DNA of 64,000 nt from Phyllobates terribilis (GCF_046119375.1 NW_027362769.1:101804001-101868000); one strand, 5' to 3'. Positions 13,836 through 27,159 are shown, counted from the first letter of the stretch. Made by a program: numbers and translations. The notes: a model not told the origin generated them from the letters alone.

Positions 13836-14415
13836 CTATATGACGCCCGCAATGGGAGAAAGAAGAATGTGTCACTAAAAAACAAACTGGCTTTAATTTT
13901 ACTGATGAGAACACAACCCAATTTAATATGCGTTTAAGAGCAACAAAAGCAACCAATGCCAGGCAGCTGCTGCCAAGGCAAATAAAATGGTGGAATAAAA
14001 AAAAAAAAAAAAAAAAAAAAAGGAATCATTGTTGGCCCTGATAAATTTTTTTTGCTTCTATAAAAATCACCAGTCAAACCCACCATTGATCTTGTTATTA
14101 CGCATTAAGACAATGATCTAATTCATTGATACCTTTGAATCTAAGTTCAAAGGTGTCAATGAACAGAATAGAGATCAATCTAGAGACCTTTCCATATAAC
14201 CATGGCATTCCTGGCTATACAAAATCTGTGCAAAATCTTTGAAAAAGGTCAAATAAATCCTGTACGGTAAAACATGTTAAGAAGACCACATGGAAAATGG
14301 TCGTTTCAAAGAAAACTATTACGTATGGTAAATCAAGAAGCGGAAAATCTGGTGCAGGCGACTTGTTCTGGATAATGGGGTGGTCTTCTGGGATGTTTGT
14401 CTGCATCTGTCTCAC

Positions 14416-14459
14416 CTGTCAGTAGTGTAGTTGCCGGGGTGGCTCATGGATCTCTTCAT
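14416..14459 (-). CDS. PLEKHA3: PLEKHA3 coding exon 6
   Basis: MKRSMSHPGNYTTD(R); TTTAG acceptor, GTGAG donor; 44 bp. Confidence 0.93.
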
Positions 14460-15087
14460 CTAAAGTAAGAAAAATATATATATTTAATAGATATACATGA
14501 AATCACATGTAAAAAGAAAGGGGGGGTTAAATAAAAGAAAGGGAGCGCTGTATAATAAGGTCCCTCATAGCAATTACAGGTAATTAAAGGGAACCTGTTT
14601 AACTCCCCAAAGCATTTATGTCAATGTGTAGCCCTTTAAAAGATAAGCCAGTTGATCCCTTTAGGACCTCAAAGCGCTGCTGTCTTTGAGTTGTGTGTGA
14701 AAGTGCACTGTGCCGTGAGGATGCACTTACAGCTTCTCAGCCTCACTCTGAATTTCCTGCGTGGAAGCGCCCTCCACAGGCTGAATGACGGGTAAGTCGG
14801 CATGTACCACAGATAATATATTAATTAGCTACGGAGGGTGCCACTAGGCAGGAAATACAGAGTGACGCTGAGAAGCTGTAAGTGCATCTAGTGGCGACGT
14901 CTTATGTATGACCACTAGACGGAAGCCCTGACGTCAGCCTCCTACACGCCAGCAACTGATGCTCTTCTTTTGATTAGCCGGCCTGGCATAATGTCACATG
15001 TAGATCACACCGCATTGACCACGTCACGCCAGACTGGCTGATCAATACTGGAGCCTCGGATCGAGTCAAGTAGGAGGCGGTTCTCAG

Positions 15088-15606
15088 TGTCACGGGTATG
15101 TCAGATGTGACAGACAGTTGTCACCTTCTTAGATCTGTCTCAGTCTAGGACCCAGTGGCTACCTCCCTCCTGCTAACTGATCCAGGACTAGGTGTTTAAA
15201 TACTTTCTGTTTGCTACAGGGAAGTGCCGTTGATATTCACATGTTCCCTTGTGAAGGCTTGGAGCTACTGCAGTCTTACTTCCTCTCTGGTGCCTAGGAG
15301 GACATTTGGTGTAATCTCTCTGAAGTCAGCTCAAGCTACTTCTCCCCCGTGTTTGTCTCCCTTGTTGTCTTTAGTTGATAGTGGGGATTGACCAGTGCTC
15401 ATCCCCCCATTCTCTATCCAGGGCCAAGCTCTAGGGAAATATAGGGTTTAGGTTCCTGTGCGGCGATTGGTGAGGAACCAATATAGGGATGATCGGGGTG
15501 ACAGGATGATATCAGATCAGACTAGGTAGGAGGTCTCCACTTCCCCTAGTGTCTGGGCTTCCTTCCCCTCATGTTGCAGTTTGTCTTTCCTACACCTTGC
15601 GTGACA
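15088..15606. mobile_element. Solo LTR (519 bp) in PLEKHA3 intron 5
   Basis: TGTCACG...CGTGACA termini; perfect 5-bp TSD CTCAG (15083-15087 / 15607-15611). Confidence 0.85.
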
Positions 15607-15744
15607 CTCAGGGCTTCCGTCCAGTGGTTATAGACCACCAATGTGGGTATTGGGTCATATTCTAATAGTTTGGGCAGAAGCGTATGATTGCATAACCCCT
15701 ATAACAACAAGTAGTGTATCATTGAAGTAGTTCTTGCATATTAC

Positions 15745-15909
15745 CATTTGTACAGGTGAAGGAGACACAGCAGACACCAAAGACTCGTGAGGAGGCAACT
15801 GGTACATTTCGGGCTTGAATTTGGCATTTGCTATCTTGACACATTCTTCAAGTGTGGTAATAAATGTGTTGCAGGTTGCGCTGAGCAGAGAAGACGCTTC
15901 ATTCATGTT
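15745..15909 (-). CDS. PLEKHA3: PLEKHA3 coding exon 5
   Basis: [55 protein letters not shown] (inside ORF 15655..15906); AG/GT flanks; 165 bp. Confidence 0.96.
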
Positions 15910-15995
15910 CTATACACAAAACAGAAAATGCAAAGTTTGCGCCAGACGTCCACAGCTCGGCAGAATCCAAGTACGACGGCGGGCACAGCTCATAC

Positions 15996-16132
15996 CTCAG
16001 CGCTGGGTGACGGCCGACTCTGGTCTTGACTTACAAACTCCTGGATTGTGTGCACCTGCTGCATCAACAGGTCACAATACAGCCGCAGCTCCGACATTTT
16101 GGTTTTCAGTGATTCATTGGTTTCATTGATTT
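15996..16132 (-). CDS. PLEKHA3: PLEKHA3 coding exon 4
   Basis: (E)[45 protein letters not shown]; AG/GT flanks; 137 bp. Confidence 0.96.
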
Positions 16133-17464
16133 CTGCAAAAATTATTAAAACTAATTAGAGAGTGTAGCAAAGCATGGATTTATAAAAAAAATATTGCAAT
16201 CGGTAAATGTGAAATATACCACAAAATGGCAAAAATTAAAATGACAGCTTGTCACACGAAAAATAAATCTTTATACGGCTCCAAATGAGAAAATCGTGAA
16301 ACTTAAGGCTCCCAAAAATAAATGATTTTTCTTTGTTTCAAAGATTATTAATTGTACAAAAGTAACAAAATAATCGCCGTATTCGTCCTGACCCACAGAA
16401 TAAAGTTAACACTTCATTTGTGAAGGACGATGAATAGGGTAAAATTTAAAACACACAAAAGAAGAACGATGGAATAATTGTTTTGTTTATATTCCTTCCC
16501 AGAAAAAGTTAATAAAAGTTTGTTAAGTTATATTTACCCCCAAAATGCTGCCACTGACAAACAACTCATGCTGAAAAAAACAAGTCCTCATTCACTATAT
16601 TGTCAAAAACATAAAAAAAAAAAGTTTAGGTGTCCTAGAACGAGACAATAGAAAACTTGAAAAAAAAATAAATTAATAAAAACTTAAGTTCTGGCTATCG
16701 AGGCCAAAACTGGCCATGATATGACAAGCTTAAAATTCCGTTTACCAAGGCAGACTGTGCTAAACAATACGATGTAAGTAATTTATAATACATTGTTCAG
16801 TGAACATGTGCTGCCGAGAACAGTGACAGTCTAAGTCATGTTTACATAGGGTATATTATTGGAGTCGTTCAATCTAAATTTTAACATTTTATTCACACGA
16901 GAGTGTACCGCTAGGATTACAATATATCATGGGGAAGCGGAAAGAGGTGAGATGAGTAGTGTAAATAAAATATAACTTTTATTACTAATATATAAAACGT
17001 ATTGGCTAAATATTTATAAAAACACTCCTATACCAACAATCCGTATAATTAAGCCAAAATTATACTGTATAACTGACGCACATTTCGCCTGATTACTGTC
17101 TTTTTAAAATCCAACGAAACGCGCGTCAGGGATACAGTCCAGCTCACACTTCTCATCTCCCTCTTTCCGCATGATATAATGTTTACACAGGGTAACGCGC
17201 TGCCAAGAACAATTAGTTTTAAGAAAGCTTAGAAAATTATTTCACCAGACGAACAAGCATTTTACACACTCACAGGCAGCCCGTTTACACAAGATTATCA
17301 TGAAACAAGTGTTTCTAAGTACCCTCGTTTAAGATAATCTTTCAGGATAAAAGCATTAAAACAAAGTACCAAATTTTTTTTGCATACAATAGAGGAACAT
17401 GATCAGATGTGACATCACGTATTGTGATTGAAGGATCCAGTGCCATCAGCTGTGTATAAAAGTG

Positions 17465-18055
17465 CCACCCTTTCCTCAACCCCGAATCTACTAAAATGTT
17501 AGTCCAGGCCCTCATCATCTCCCACTTCGATTACTGCAATATCCTCCTCTATGGCCTCCCTGGTAAAATTCTCACCTCTCCAGTCCATCTTTAACTCCGC
17601 TGCCCAATTTAACCACATCTCCCCTCAATGGCTTCCAATTACACAGCAGATCCAGTTGAATCCACTAACAATGATTTACAAGGTCATCCATAATCTGTCT
17701 CCTCCATGTCTCCAAACTAATCTCCAGATAACTTCCCATACGTAATCTCAGTTCCTAACAACATCTGCTTCTCTCCTCCACCTTTGTATGTTCCTCACCC
17801 AATCGCCTCCAAGATTTTTACCTGAGGATCCCCCATTGTCTGGAAATCAGCACCTCAGCGTATTCAATTGTCTCCCAGAAAAGAAACCTTCTGATGCAAC
17901 CTGAAACCTCATCTCTTCAGTAAAGCCTACTGCCAACAATAACCCTGCAGCCACCTCACCACCACCGGAGCTGCCACCTCACCACCACCGCAGCTGCTGC
18001 AAACCCCCCCAACCTACTGTCTCCTTCCCAATCACCTTGTAGATTGTAAGCCTGG
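17465..18055 (+). mobile_element. L2/CR1-type LINE 3' fragment
   Basis: HPFLNPESTKMLVQALIISHFDYCNILLYGLP matches the conserved post-RT motif LVxALIISRLDYCNxLLxGLP; ends in TTGTAGATTGTAAG. Confidence 0.85.
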
Positions 18056-18408
18056 GGGGGGTCAGTTTGTTTACTTTATTTTATATATGTAATACATACA
18101 TATGTGGAACCCCTTTCACATGTATAAAATAAATAAATACCAGTCATTGTAATCCTGCCTTTGAGGATAATGAGCCTGCTGAAAACTCTTCCTGAATGAA
18201 CAGGAAGTATAAGTTTCAGGCTACGTTCACATGTTCAGTATTTTACATCAGTATTTGTTCCACTCCTGGTTTCAACTTACAATCAGAGGAAAAGTTTAAT
18301 AGAAATATATCACCACTTCTGTATTTATCACCCACTCCTGGTTTTGGCTTACAAATACTGATGTAAAATACTGACCAAATACTGAACGTGAGAACGTGGC
18401 CTATATTA

Positions 18409-18633
18409 TATCAAGAAAATGCAAAGCAGTCATCAAAGCAAAAGGTGGCTACTTTGAAGAACCTAGAATATAAGACATATTTTCAGTTGTTTCACACTTT
18501 TTTGTTAAGTATATAATTCCACATGTGTTAATTCATAGTTTTGATGCCTTCAGTGAGAATGTACAATTTTCAAAGTCATGAAAATACAGAAAAATCTTTA
18601 AATGAGAAGATGTGTCCAAACTTTTGGTCTGTA
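18409..18633 (+). mobile_element. Orphan TIR end of the same Tc1 family, abutting the full element and forming a palindrome
   Basis: Nearly identical to 20055-20271 and to the reverse complement of 18648-18862. Confidence 0.9.
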
Positions 18634-18644
18634 ATATATATATA

Positions 18645-20274
18645 CAGTACAGACCAAAAGTTTGGACACATCTTCTCATTTAAAGATTTTTCTGTATTTT
18701 CATGACTATGAAAATTGTACATTCTCACTGAAGGCATCAAAACTATGAATTAACACATGTGGAATTATATACTTAACAAAAAAGTGTGAAATAACTGAAA
18801 ATATGTCTTATATTCTAGGTTCTTCAAAGTAGCCACCTTTTGCATTCATGACTGCTTTGCACACTCTTGGCATTCTCTTGATGAGCTTCAAGAGGTAGTC
18901 ACCGGAAATGGTTTTCACTTCACAGGTGTGCCCTGTCAGGTTTAATAAGTGGGATTTCTTGCCTTATAAATGGGGTTGGGACCATCAGTTGTGTTGTGCA
19001 GAAGTCAGGTGGATACACAGCTGATAGTCCTACTGAATAGACTGTTAGAATATGTATTATGGCAAGAAAAAAGCAGCTAAATAAAGAAAAATGAGTGGCC
19101 ATCATTATTTTAAGAAATGAAGGTCAGTCAGTCCGAAAAATTGGGAAAACTTTGAAAGTGTCCCCAAGTGCAGTTGCAAAAACCATCAAGCGCTACAAAG
19201 AAACTGGCTCACATGAGGACCGCCCCAGGAAAGGAAGACCAAGAGTCACCTCTGCTTCTGAGGATAAGTTTATCCGAGTCACCAGCCTCAGAAATCGCAG
19301 GTTAACAGCAGCTCAGATTAGAGACCAGGTCAATGCCACACAGAGTTCTAGCAGCAGACACATCTCTACAACAACTGCTAAGAGGAGACTTTGTGCAGCA
19401 GGCCTTCATGGTAAAATAGCTGCTAGGAAACCACTGCTAAGGACAGGCAACAAGCAGAAGAGACTTGTTTGGGCTAAAGAACACAAGGAATGGACATTAG
19501 ACCAGTGGAAATCTGTGCTTTGGTCTGATGAGTCCAAATTTGAGATCTTTAGTTCCAACCACCGTGTCTTTGTGCAACGCAGAAAAGATGAACGGATGGA
19601 CTCTACATGCCTGGTTCCCACTGTGAAGCATGGAGGAGGAGGTGTGATGGTGTGGGGGTGCTGTGCTGGTGACACTGTTGGGGATCTATTCAAAATTGAA
19701 GGCATACTGAACCAGCATGGCTACCACAGCATCTTGCAGCGGCATGCTATTCCATCCGGTTTGCGTTTAGTTGGACCATCATTTATTTTTCAACAGGACA
19801 ATGACCCCAAACACACCTCCAGGCTGTGTAAGGGCTATTTGACCTAGAAGGAGAGTGATGGGGTGCTACGCCAGATGACCTGGCCTCCACAGTCACCAGA
19901 CCTGAACCCAATCGAGATGGTTTGGGGTGAGCTGGACCGCAGAGTGAAGGCAAAAGGGCCAACAAGTGCTAAGCATCTCTGGGAACTCCTTCAAGATTGT
20001 TGGAAGACCATTTCCAGTGACTACCTCTTGAAGCTCATCAAGAGAATGCCAAGAGTGTGCAAAGCAGTCATCAAAGCAAAAGGTGGCTACTTTGAAGAAC
20101 CTAGAATATAAGACATATTTTCAGTTGTTTCACACTTTTTTGTTAAGTATATAATTCCACATGTGTTAATTCATAGTTTTGATGTCTTCAGTGTGAATGT
20201 ACAATTTTCATAGTCATGAAAATACAGAAAAATCTTTAAATGAGAAGGTGTGTCCAAACTTTTGGTCTGTACTG
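18645..20274 (+). mobile_element. Full-length Tc1 transposon with ~215-bp TIRs in PLEKHA3 intron 3; one in-frame TAG at 19845
   Basis: TIR CAGTACAGACCAAAAGTTTGGACAC, TA TSD; ORFs 19095..19847 and 19863..20111 in one frame with DD34E motifs. Confidence 0.96.
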
Positions 20275-20829
20275 TATGTCACATTTAGAAAAGAAAGAAC
20301 ATGTAACACACAAGCCTGATTTAAGCAATACGTCATCTTGTAAGGGCACGCTGCCTTTAAATCCCCTCCTAAATGTGGGCAAAGATACTGATGTTACATG
20401 GAACTGCATTGATATGTTTTCATAAAGAGCCCCTATAGTAACCAGGAAGTTTACAGAGTTATTTTAGATATCACATCCCGCACCGCGTCTAATTCAGCGG
20501 TTTTTAACAACTGAAGTTTCACAGAAATGGCATGTATACAGGGCGGCCATCAGGGTGGCACAGCGGGTACTGCTATATGTGTCCCACAGCATCAGGCTAC
20601 AAGACATGGCCCGTCACTAACACTATACTTCTCAGAGGAGGAGACAATCCCATCTGTCCATCTCTCCAGACATGAAATGCCCTTGTAGACGCCCCATTTC
20701 CCTTCCAGGTTTCTTTCCGAAAGCCATTTTCACCTTTTGGATTCTGATATATTTCTGATCTTCAGAGTCCATGTAATAAGACGTATATTAATAAGACGCA
20801 TGGTGCTCACAAGACATGGAGGCGCTCAC

Positions 20830-20985
20830 CTTTCTCTTTCCGTGTCCTGGTATCGCTCAGACAGGCCTTGGAGCTTCCTAATGCCACCAGCCAGCGCTGC
20901 CGCTCCGCTGCATTCACAGCTCTCACGTAGAAGTGCTGCTCCCCCGGGATGATCAGCTCCATCCTGGTGTTATCTGTCGAATGAA
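20830..20985 (-). CDS. PLEKHA3: PLEKHA3 coding exon 3
   Basis: (V)[51 protein letters not shown], end of PH domain; AG/GT flanks; 156 bp. Confidence 0.97.
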
Positions 20986-21211
20986 CTGAGGAGAGGGATC
21001 AGTACAGGATGGAGAAAGGTTCCCCTTCTTCATTATACCCAGGAAGTCTTTGTGCACACTAGACTTCGCAGTCACGCTTTTTTTTATGTTAATTACACAC
21101 TAAAAGGAATCAGTCACCCCTCCTAAAACTCAAATTAAACTTGTACAATAATAAAGGGGCCTTAGCCCCTATAAAATTCAAACCTGTGAATAGATTTTAC
21201 TACTTTAGTTT

Positions 21212-21456
21212 ATTGCCTCTTCAGAGATGGAGAACTCTATAGCACCACCTATTGGAAGCAGCGATCCTACAAGTCACAATCGACCCTTGTGCCTTGTAAG
21301 ATCGCGGCTTCCAATAGGTGGCGCTATAGAGTTCTAGTCCTCTTCCTCTCTGAAGAGGCAATTTGCATATTAAATTTCCCAGAGGAGCATTGCACAGCGA
21401 ATAAGCCTCCTTACATTGGCATGCCAGAGCCGATATGTCACTCTCCTCAAGGAGAA
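21212..21456 (+). mobile_element. Fragments of the hammerhead-bearing 330-nt repeat: inverted piece 21212-21288 plus forward piece 21293-21456 with the promoter-like module
   Basis: Aligns by eye to 48437-48525 and overlaps 35823-35830 (CAAGGAGA). Confidence 0.8.
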
Positions 21457-22246
21457 AAATTAGACTAATTTAGTTTTACATTTTAAAAAATATATATATA
21501 TTTTATTACATATTCAAATGAGGTCTCATTGCTGCAATTAGCATCCTCCGTCCCCTTAGCTTGGTTGACAACTGATCCCCGGCACTGCACCTCTGCACGG
21601 ACACTGCAGAAGCACACTGAGTGTGCCCGCTACTGCAGGATCATGTGTGCAGCGAGCGGCCACCACAGACAGGAGAGAGGGATGAGAGTGCGCCTGCACC
21701 GACACCGGCCTCCTGCAGCGTCAGTGCAGTCATTCAGTGCTGTGGATTCAATTCAGGCAGCGCAAGTGAGCACTGTCAATGAAGCTAAGGGCAAGAATGT
21801 TAAATGAGGGGGCGGAACAGTGCACTGAACTCTTGGCCACACCAAGGGTGCACCGAGTAGCCCTCATTTGCATATGTACTAAGTCCCCTATATAACTATG
21901 TAAGTGGTTTAATTTGAGTTTGGAGAGGGGAAAGGGGGGCAGAGTCCCTTTAAAATAAGGAAACATGTATCATCTTCAGCCCGTCTGTATCAGATTTAAA
22001 GAGAGTGGGACTGTACTCCATCATTTCTAGTTACATAGACGCCAATGGAGCGGGAGTGTGTCTGGTTCCCCACTATTCCATTCAAACAGGGGACTAAGGA
22101 AATGATCTTGGTCCTCATGATGCGTGGGGATCCAAAAAAAAATAATCAGGCACTTACCACCTATCCATAGGATAGGAGGTAAGTTTTGATCTTGGTACTG
22201 ATTCTTTAAATGCTTTCACTATATTTTCAAAGCCATCAAAACTTAC

Positions 22247-22363
22247 CTTTGATTTCACACACTGCCATTTTAATACTTCCTTTGCTGCCCTTGCAGACGT
22301 CATCCTGCGAGTCATAGTAGGATAAGATGCCATTATCTAGTACAAACCACCGAGGCTGCCAAC
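22247..22363 (-). CDS. PLEKHA3: PLEKHA3 coding exon 2
   Basis: (G)[38 protein letters not shown]; AG/GT flanks; 117 bp; phase matches neighbours. Confidence 0.97.
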
Positions 22364-24048
22364 CTGCAATTACAGAAGAAAATAGTAGGTCAACTTCATT
22401 AGATAACGTTGGATGGACGGTGTATCACACGTTGCGACTCATGTATCTACCAATAAACTGTCGTTCGTATACCAAATGGCATTACCCTTCTGCCTGCCCA
22501 AACACACAGCGCCTCCACATGGATGGCTAGTGTAATTTCCCCCAGAGAGAATATGCATAGGTGCGTCTGGGGTATGGAGAGTTGGGGTGCACTCAGCGGA
22601 GGAGGAGAGCCACTGCTGTCAGACCAAGGCATGTGCCCCTGTAACTGAAGAAGATTCATGATTCTCTCCCGGAATTGGCACAAAGTGCAGATGACCTTTC
22701 ACGCTTACACAAATATGCGTGAATGAGACAAAGATACATGCGGAAATCAGCACTAATCCAATAAGTCGCTAAACGGAAAAAGTTGTACGTAACACTATGC
22801 AAACCTTTCACAATTGTGAGTACACATGTATAATATTTACAGAATAAGGCTCCATAGACTCACATTGTAAAAGTGACTTCCAGTGTACACAAACCCCTGT
22901 GTGATCCAGGTAGTCTGGAGTTCAAGTCACGTCACTCAGAAAAGGACCGAAGCAAACGTGGAAATCGAGGAAGACGGCAATTGGTAAGTATTTTAATACA
23001 ACTGTAATACATTACAGACATATTTGGCAAATTTTAGAAAATACCATGTATGGTGGGAGTGCTTCTTTAAAAGGGATGTTCAGGACTTTGTAAAAAAATT
23101 TAAGAAAAATGTGGGGTAGAAAGGAAGCCAGTGCTCTGTCGATGTGACATCAGCAGAGGCAGGCGAAGCCGGCAGGAGCGCTCTGAAACGGGCACAAAAG
23201 GCAAAAATTGCCCCCACAGAAAACAATGGCTAATGTTACAAACTGGAATGTGGAAATCAAAAAAGATGCAAAAAAATTGGTCATTAATACATTTTAAGGC
23301 CAAGTCACTAACCCCTTGTTTTTGTCACCTTGCAGGAGCCATAGCCATAAGAGCTTCTGTTTTTGCAGGACAAGTCTTAGTTTGCAATTGCACCACTAAT
23401 TTTATCAGATATTGTGATGGAAAAACAATTCTAATTTTCATGTGCACTATTGATTTGTGAAAAAAAAATAAAACAAAGGTTGCACATACCAAATTGATAA
23501 AGAAAGAGGTGTATATATATATATATCGCATATCTTAATTTTTCAGTTGATGCAGGAGTACGAGAGCTTCATTTTTGCAGGATATGCTGTCGTTTATACG
23601 GGAACCGTATTGGACCAGATTGCTGCATTAGACACTGTGGCACAGGTGGATAGTAGATGCAGATTTAGAATAAGATTCATGTTAATTTTTTTCTCATTGA
23701 TATCTTTTACTCTGGATGCAGTGTGTGAACACAGGCGTGCAGCACCCCAGACACATAACTAATGATAATAGTGATCTGCTCTGAAAACAGCCCCTAAATC
23801 CAATTATACTATTAGCCGGACAGCTTATCTCAGCTTCCAGGTCAGGGAACCTGTCACCATTATAGTGGTAAAATGTAGTAGTAAAATGTCCGATGTCCAG
23901 AACACTGGCTCAGTAACGTGGAGCCATCTGGCCGCAATCAGGTTCTGGCCACTACTTGCTGCGTGTTGCCAACAGAATTACGTGCGGGATTTCTACATGT
24001 AAAATCTGCAGCATTTTACAGGACTAGGCAAGTGGATGAGTTTTTAAC

Positions 24049-24419
24049 TTAATGGGGTAGTACACTATTTTTTATTTTAAAGACTGTCTAACTTTAGGAT
24101 AGGCCATCAATATCTAATAAGTGGAGCTGCGATACCCGGCACCCACGGCAGCTGGATGTTCTTGGTTGCTGCCGAACACTGAAGCTCTGTCAAAACTGTA
24201 GTTGCAGCAGCCGGGTACTGAAGATCTACCTCCTATTAATAGGGCGTGCATCTGCAGTACCCGGTCGCAGCCACTATAGTAATGACGGAGCTGTGTTCCA
24301 GAGATATTCAAGAAGCTGATCGGCAGGGTGTGCTGGTTTTCGCACACCCACTAATGAGATATTGATGGCCTCTCCTAAGAATAGGCTATCAATAAAAAAG
24401 TAGTGGCCAACCCCTTTAA
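24049..24419. mobile_element. TTAA-flanked MITE (T2/Kolobok-like)
   Basis: TTAA at both ends, CAACCCCT right terminus, internal GGATAGGCCATCAATATC inverted repeats. Confidence 0.7.
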
Positions 24420-25454
24420 GTTAAAAACTCATTCAAATGGATAGGGGAGAGGTATCTGCAATACCTGGCCGCAGCCACTATAGAAATGACAGCGCTGCTG
24501 TGTTCCAGCAGCATCCGAGAAATACTGGACGGAGACAGTAACAGCTGATCGGCTGTGGGTGGGGGGGGGGTATCGCACCCCCACCGATCAGATATTGATG
24601 GCCTATTGTAAGGATAGGCTATCAATAAAAAAAAAGTACTGGCCAATCTCATTAATATCATCAAACTCTGCAAAGAGGTTTTTTTTTTAAAAAAAAATTT
24701 TTTAAATTGTGCAGAATTCGCACTGATTTCACCCGCTGCAATGGAAAAAGTGAAATCTGAACAATTTGCTATTTATTAATCTGCAGCATTCCTGATTGCA
24801 CCAGTGATCGATGCCACATTACACAGTCGTTGGGATGTTTAATCCCTGATCGTGCAGACAATAATTGGCCCGTGTAATAACAGCCTTTAGATACGTCTGA
24901 TCAGCGTTGTGACAGCGCGTAAAGAGGAAGCTATTTATGATCCTGTATGTAAGAGATCTGCCCAGGACGTCCTCTGCGCGGTGCTCGCAGACAAGCACGA
25001 GGCTGGCGATCACAGAAAGGGGCAGACATTATATACGCTTCCTCGTCACATAGGTAGTATGTACAGTCCTAGGCATATATGAAGGCATTAAACTAGAAAC
25101 ACACAGGTATTCCTACATACACCTCATGCAGTGGGATCTCATCTAGAGCACTTCCTCTTCCCCCCATTAATGCAAAACTGAACACAGAGGAGAGAAGGCC
25201 GAGGCCCCGATATCGTCAGGACCAACTAATGTGCATGGTGGCCTATCGACTCCTGTAAGGGAAGAGAAGGGTCGGGCAGCTGGATGTTACCCTGCACAAC
25301 AATGTGATCGCTGTCAGGAGAGATGAGATTACTCCACTCTCCCAATTGAGAACACAAAGATCAGCACCGACCCCACCGAGCTTCATCTAATGTGCACGGC
25401 CGAGGGCTGGTGTGTGTCGGATTAGTGCAGATCGCGTCTGGAGTATGTATGCCC

Positions 25455-25960
25455 AATATATCACACACACTATACATAGACATCATATATACAATACACA
25501 CACAATACATACAGGACGTCACACTGTACATGCACTACATCATATACTAAACATACACACTCACTGGATATACAGGACATCACACTGTGCATACACATCA
25601 TATATACTATACATACACAACGTCATATATACTATACATACACATCATATATACTTTACATACACAACGTCATATATACTATACATACACATCATATATA
25701 CTTTACATATACAAACTATACATAGACGGTACATACAGTACGTCACACATACTATACATACATTGTACATACACATCCTACAGACTGTATATACAGTACA
25801 TCACACACTATATAGACACTATACATAGTACATCACACACACACTATACCTACATAGATAGTACATCACATACACTGTACATACAAACTACATCACACAC
25901 AATATTAATACACTATATGACACACACTATACATCATACACATGACTTATCCGTCATACA
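25455..25960. repeat. Low-complexity (CA/TA)-rich tract
   Basis: Degenerate CATATATACTATACATACAC-type repeats. Confidence 0.85.
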
Positions 25961-26345
25961 ATACCATCAAGAAGGCGTCTGATTGGCTCCAAATTTATTC
26001 TGCAGCAAGATGACAACCCCAAACACACAGCCAATGTTATTATTAATTATCTTAAGTGTGAAGAAGAACAAGGAGTCCTGGAAGTGATGACATGGCCCCA
26101 CCGAGCCCCGATCTCAGCATCATCCAGTCTCTCGTATTACAGAAAGAGACAGAAGGATTTGCACAAGTGACATCCACAGAAGATCTGTGTTAGTTCTCCA
26201 AGATGTTTGGACCAACCTCACTGCCGATTTGCTTCAAAACTATGTACAAGTACCTAAAAGAGCTGATGCTGTTTTGGTGGTAAAGGGCGGTCACTCCAAA
26301 TATTTATGTGATTTAGATTTCGCTTTTGTTCATTCACTTTGCATT
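25960..26345 (+). mobile_element. Degenerate Tc1 transposase 3' fragment
   Basis: Translates as RLIGSKFILQQDDNPKHTANVIINYLKCEEEQGVLEVMTWP; frameshifted afterwards; boundaries approximate. Confidence 0.8.
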
Positions 26346-26348
26346 TAG

Positions 26349-26783
26349 CTAAAGGGAATCTGTCAGCAGGTTTTTGCTATGAATTCTGACAGCAGCATGG
26401 CGTAAGGGCAGAGAGCCTGATTCCAGCGATGTGTCACTTACTGGGCTGCTTGGTGAAGTTCTGATAGTATTCCTGTTTTCTCTGCTGTAGATGTAGCAGT
26501 GCTCAGAATGATGAGCTGTGTATAACCCCGCCCACACCACTGATTGTCCGCTTCCTGTCAGCAAGCTGCCAATCACTGGTGGGGGCGGGGTTAGAGATTA
26601 GTTGGACTGGTCTGCCTGTAAGATCTAGTCCTGTAGTGATAATCTCCTTCTGATAAAACACTAATTGTATTGAAACTACAGCACAGAGCCTAATAAGTGA
26701 CACATCATTGGAATCAGGGTCTCTGCCTACATTGAGCTGCTCTCAGATTAAATAGCAAAAACCTGCTGTCAAATTCCCTTTAA
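26349..26783. mobile_element. T2/Kolobok-like MITE
   Basis: AGGGAATCTGTCAGCAGG...CCTGCTGTCAAATTCCCT-TTAA. Confidence 0.7.
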
Positions 26784-26819
26784 TTAATACAAATAAACTA
26801 TTAACACCCCATAGATATA

Positions 26820-26989
26820 TGGATGTGTACCCCATACATACACGGACATGCACTGTACCATACATACATGGACACGCACACCATAAACACAAGTGCGCAC
26901 CCACATGTGCCACTTACATACACTGAAACAAGCCATAATGAACACACACAACTGAATGCATGCACTCCATACATATATATACTACTAAC

Positions 26990-27044
<55 letters not shown>

Positions 27045-27108
27045 CTGAATGCATGCAATATATATATATAATACTGCTCACCTCATACATACACATTATA
27101 CTGCTCAC

Positions 27109-27150
<42 letters not shown>
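26820..27150. repeat. (TA)n/(CA)n microsatellites at the start of PLEKHA3 intron 1
   Basis: Runs of TA at 26995-27028 and 27108-27130 and of CA at 27131-27150. Confidence 0.9.
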
Positions 27151-27159
27151 CCCGTACAT

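Noticed and set aside
25412-25982. His/Tyr/Thr/Ile-rich ORFs
   Set aside because: Low-complexity CA/TA tract lacking stops by composition
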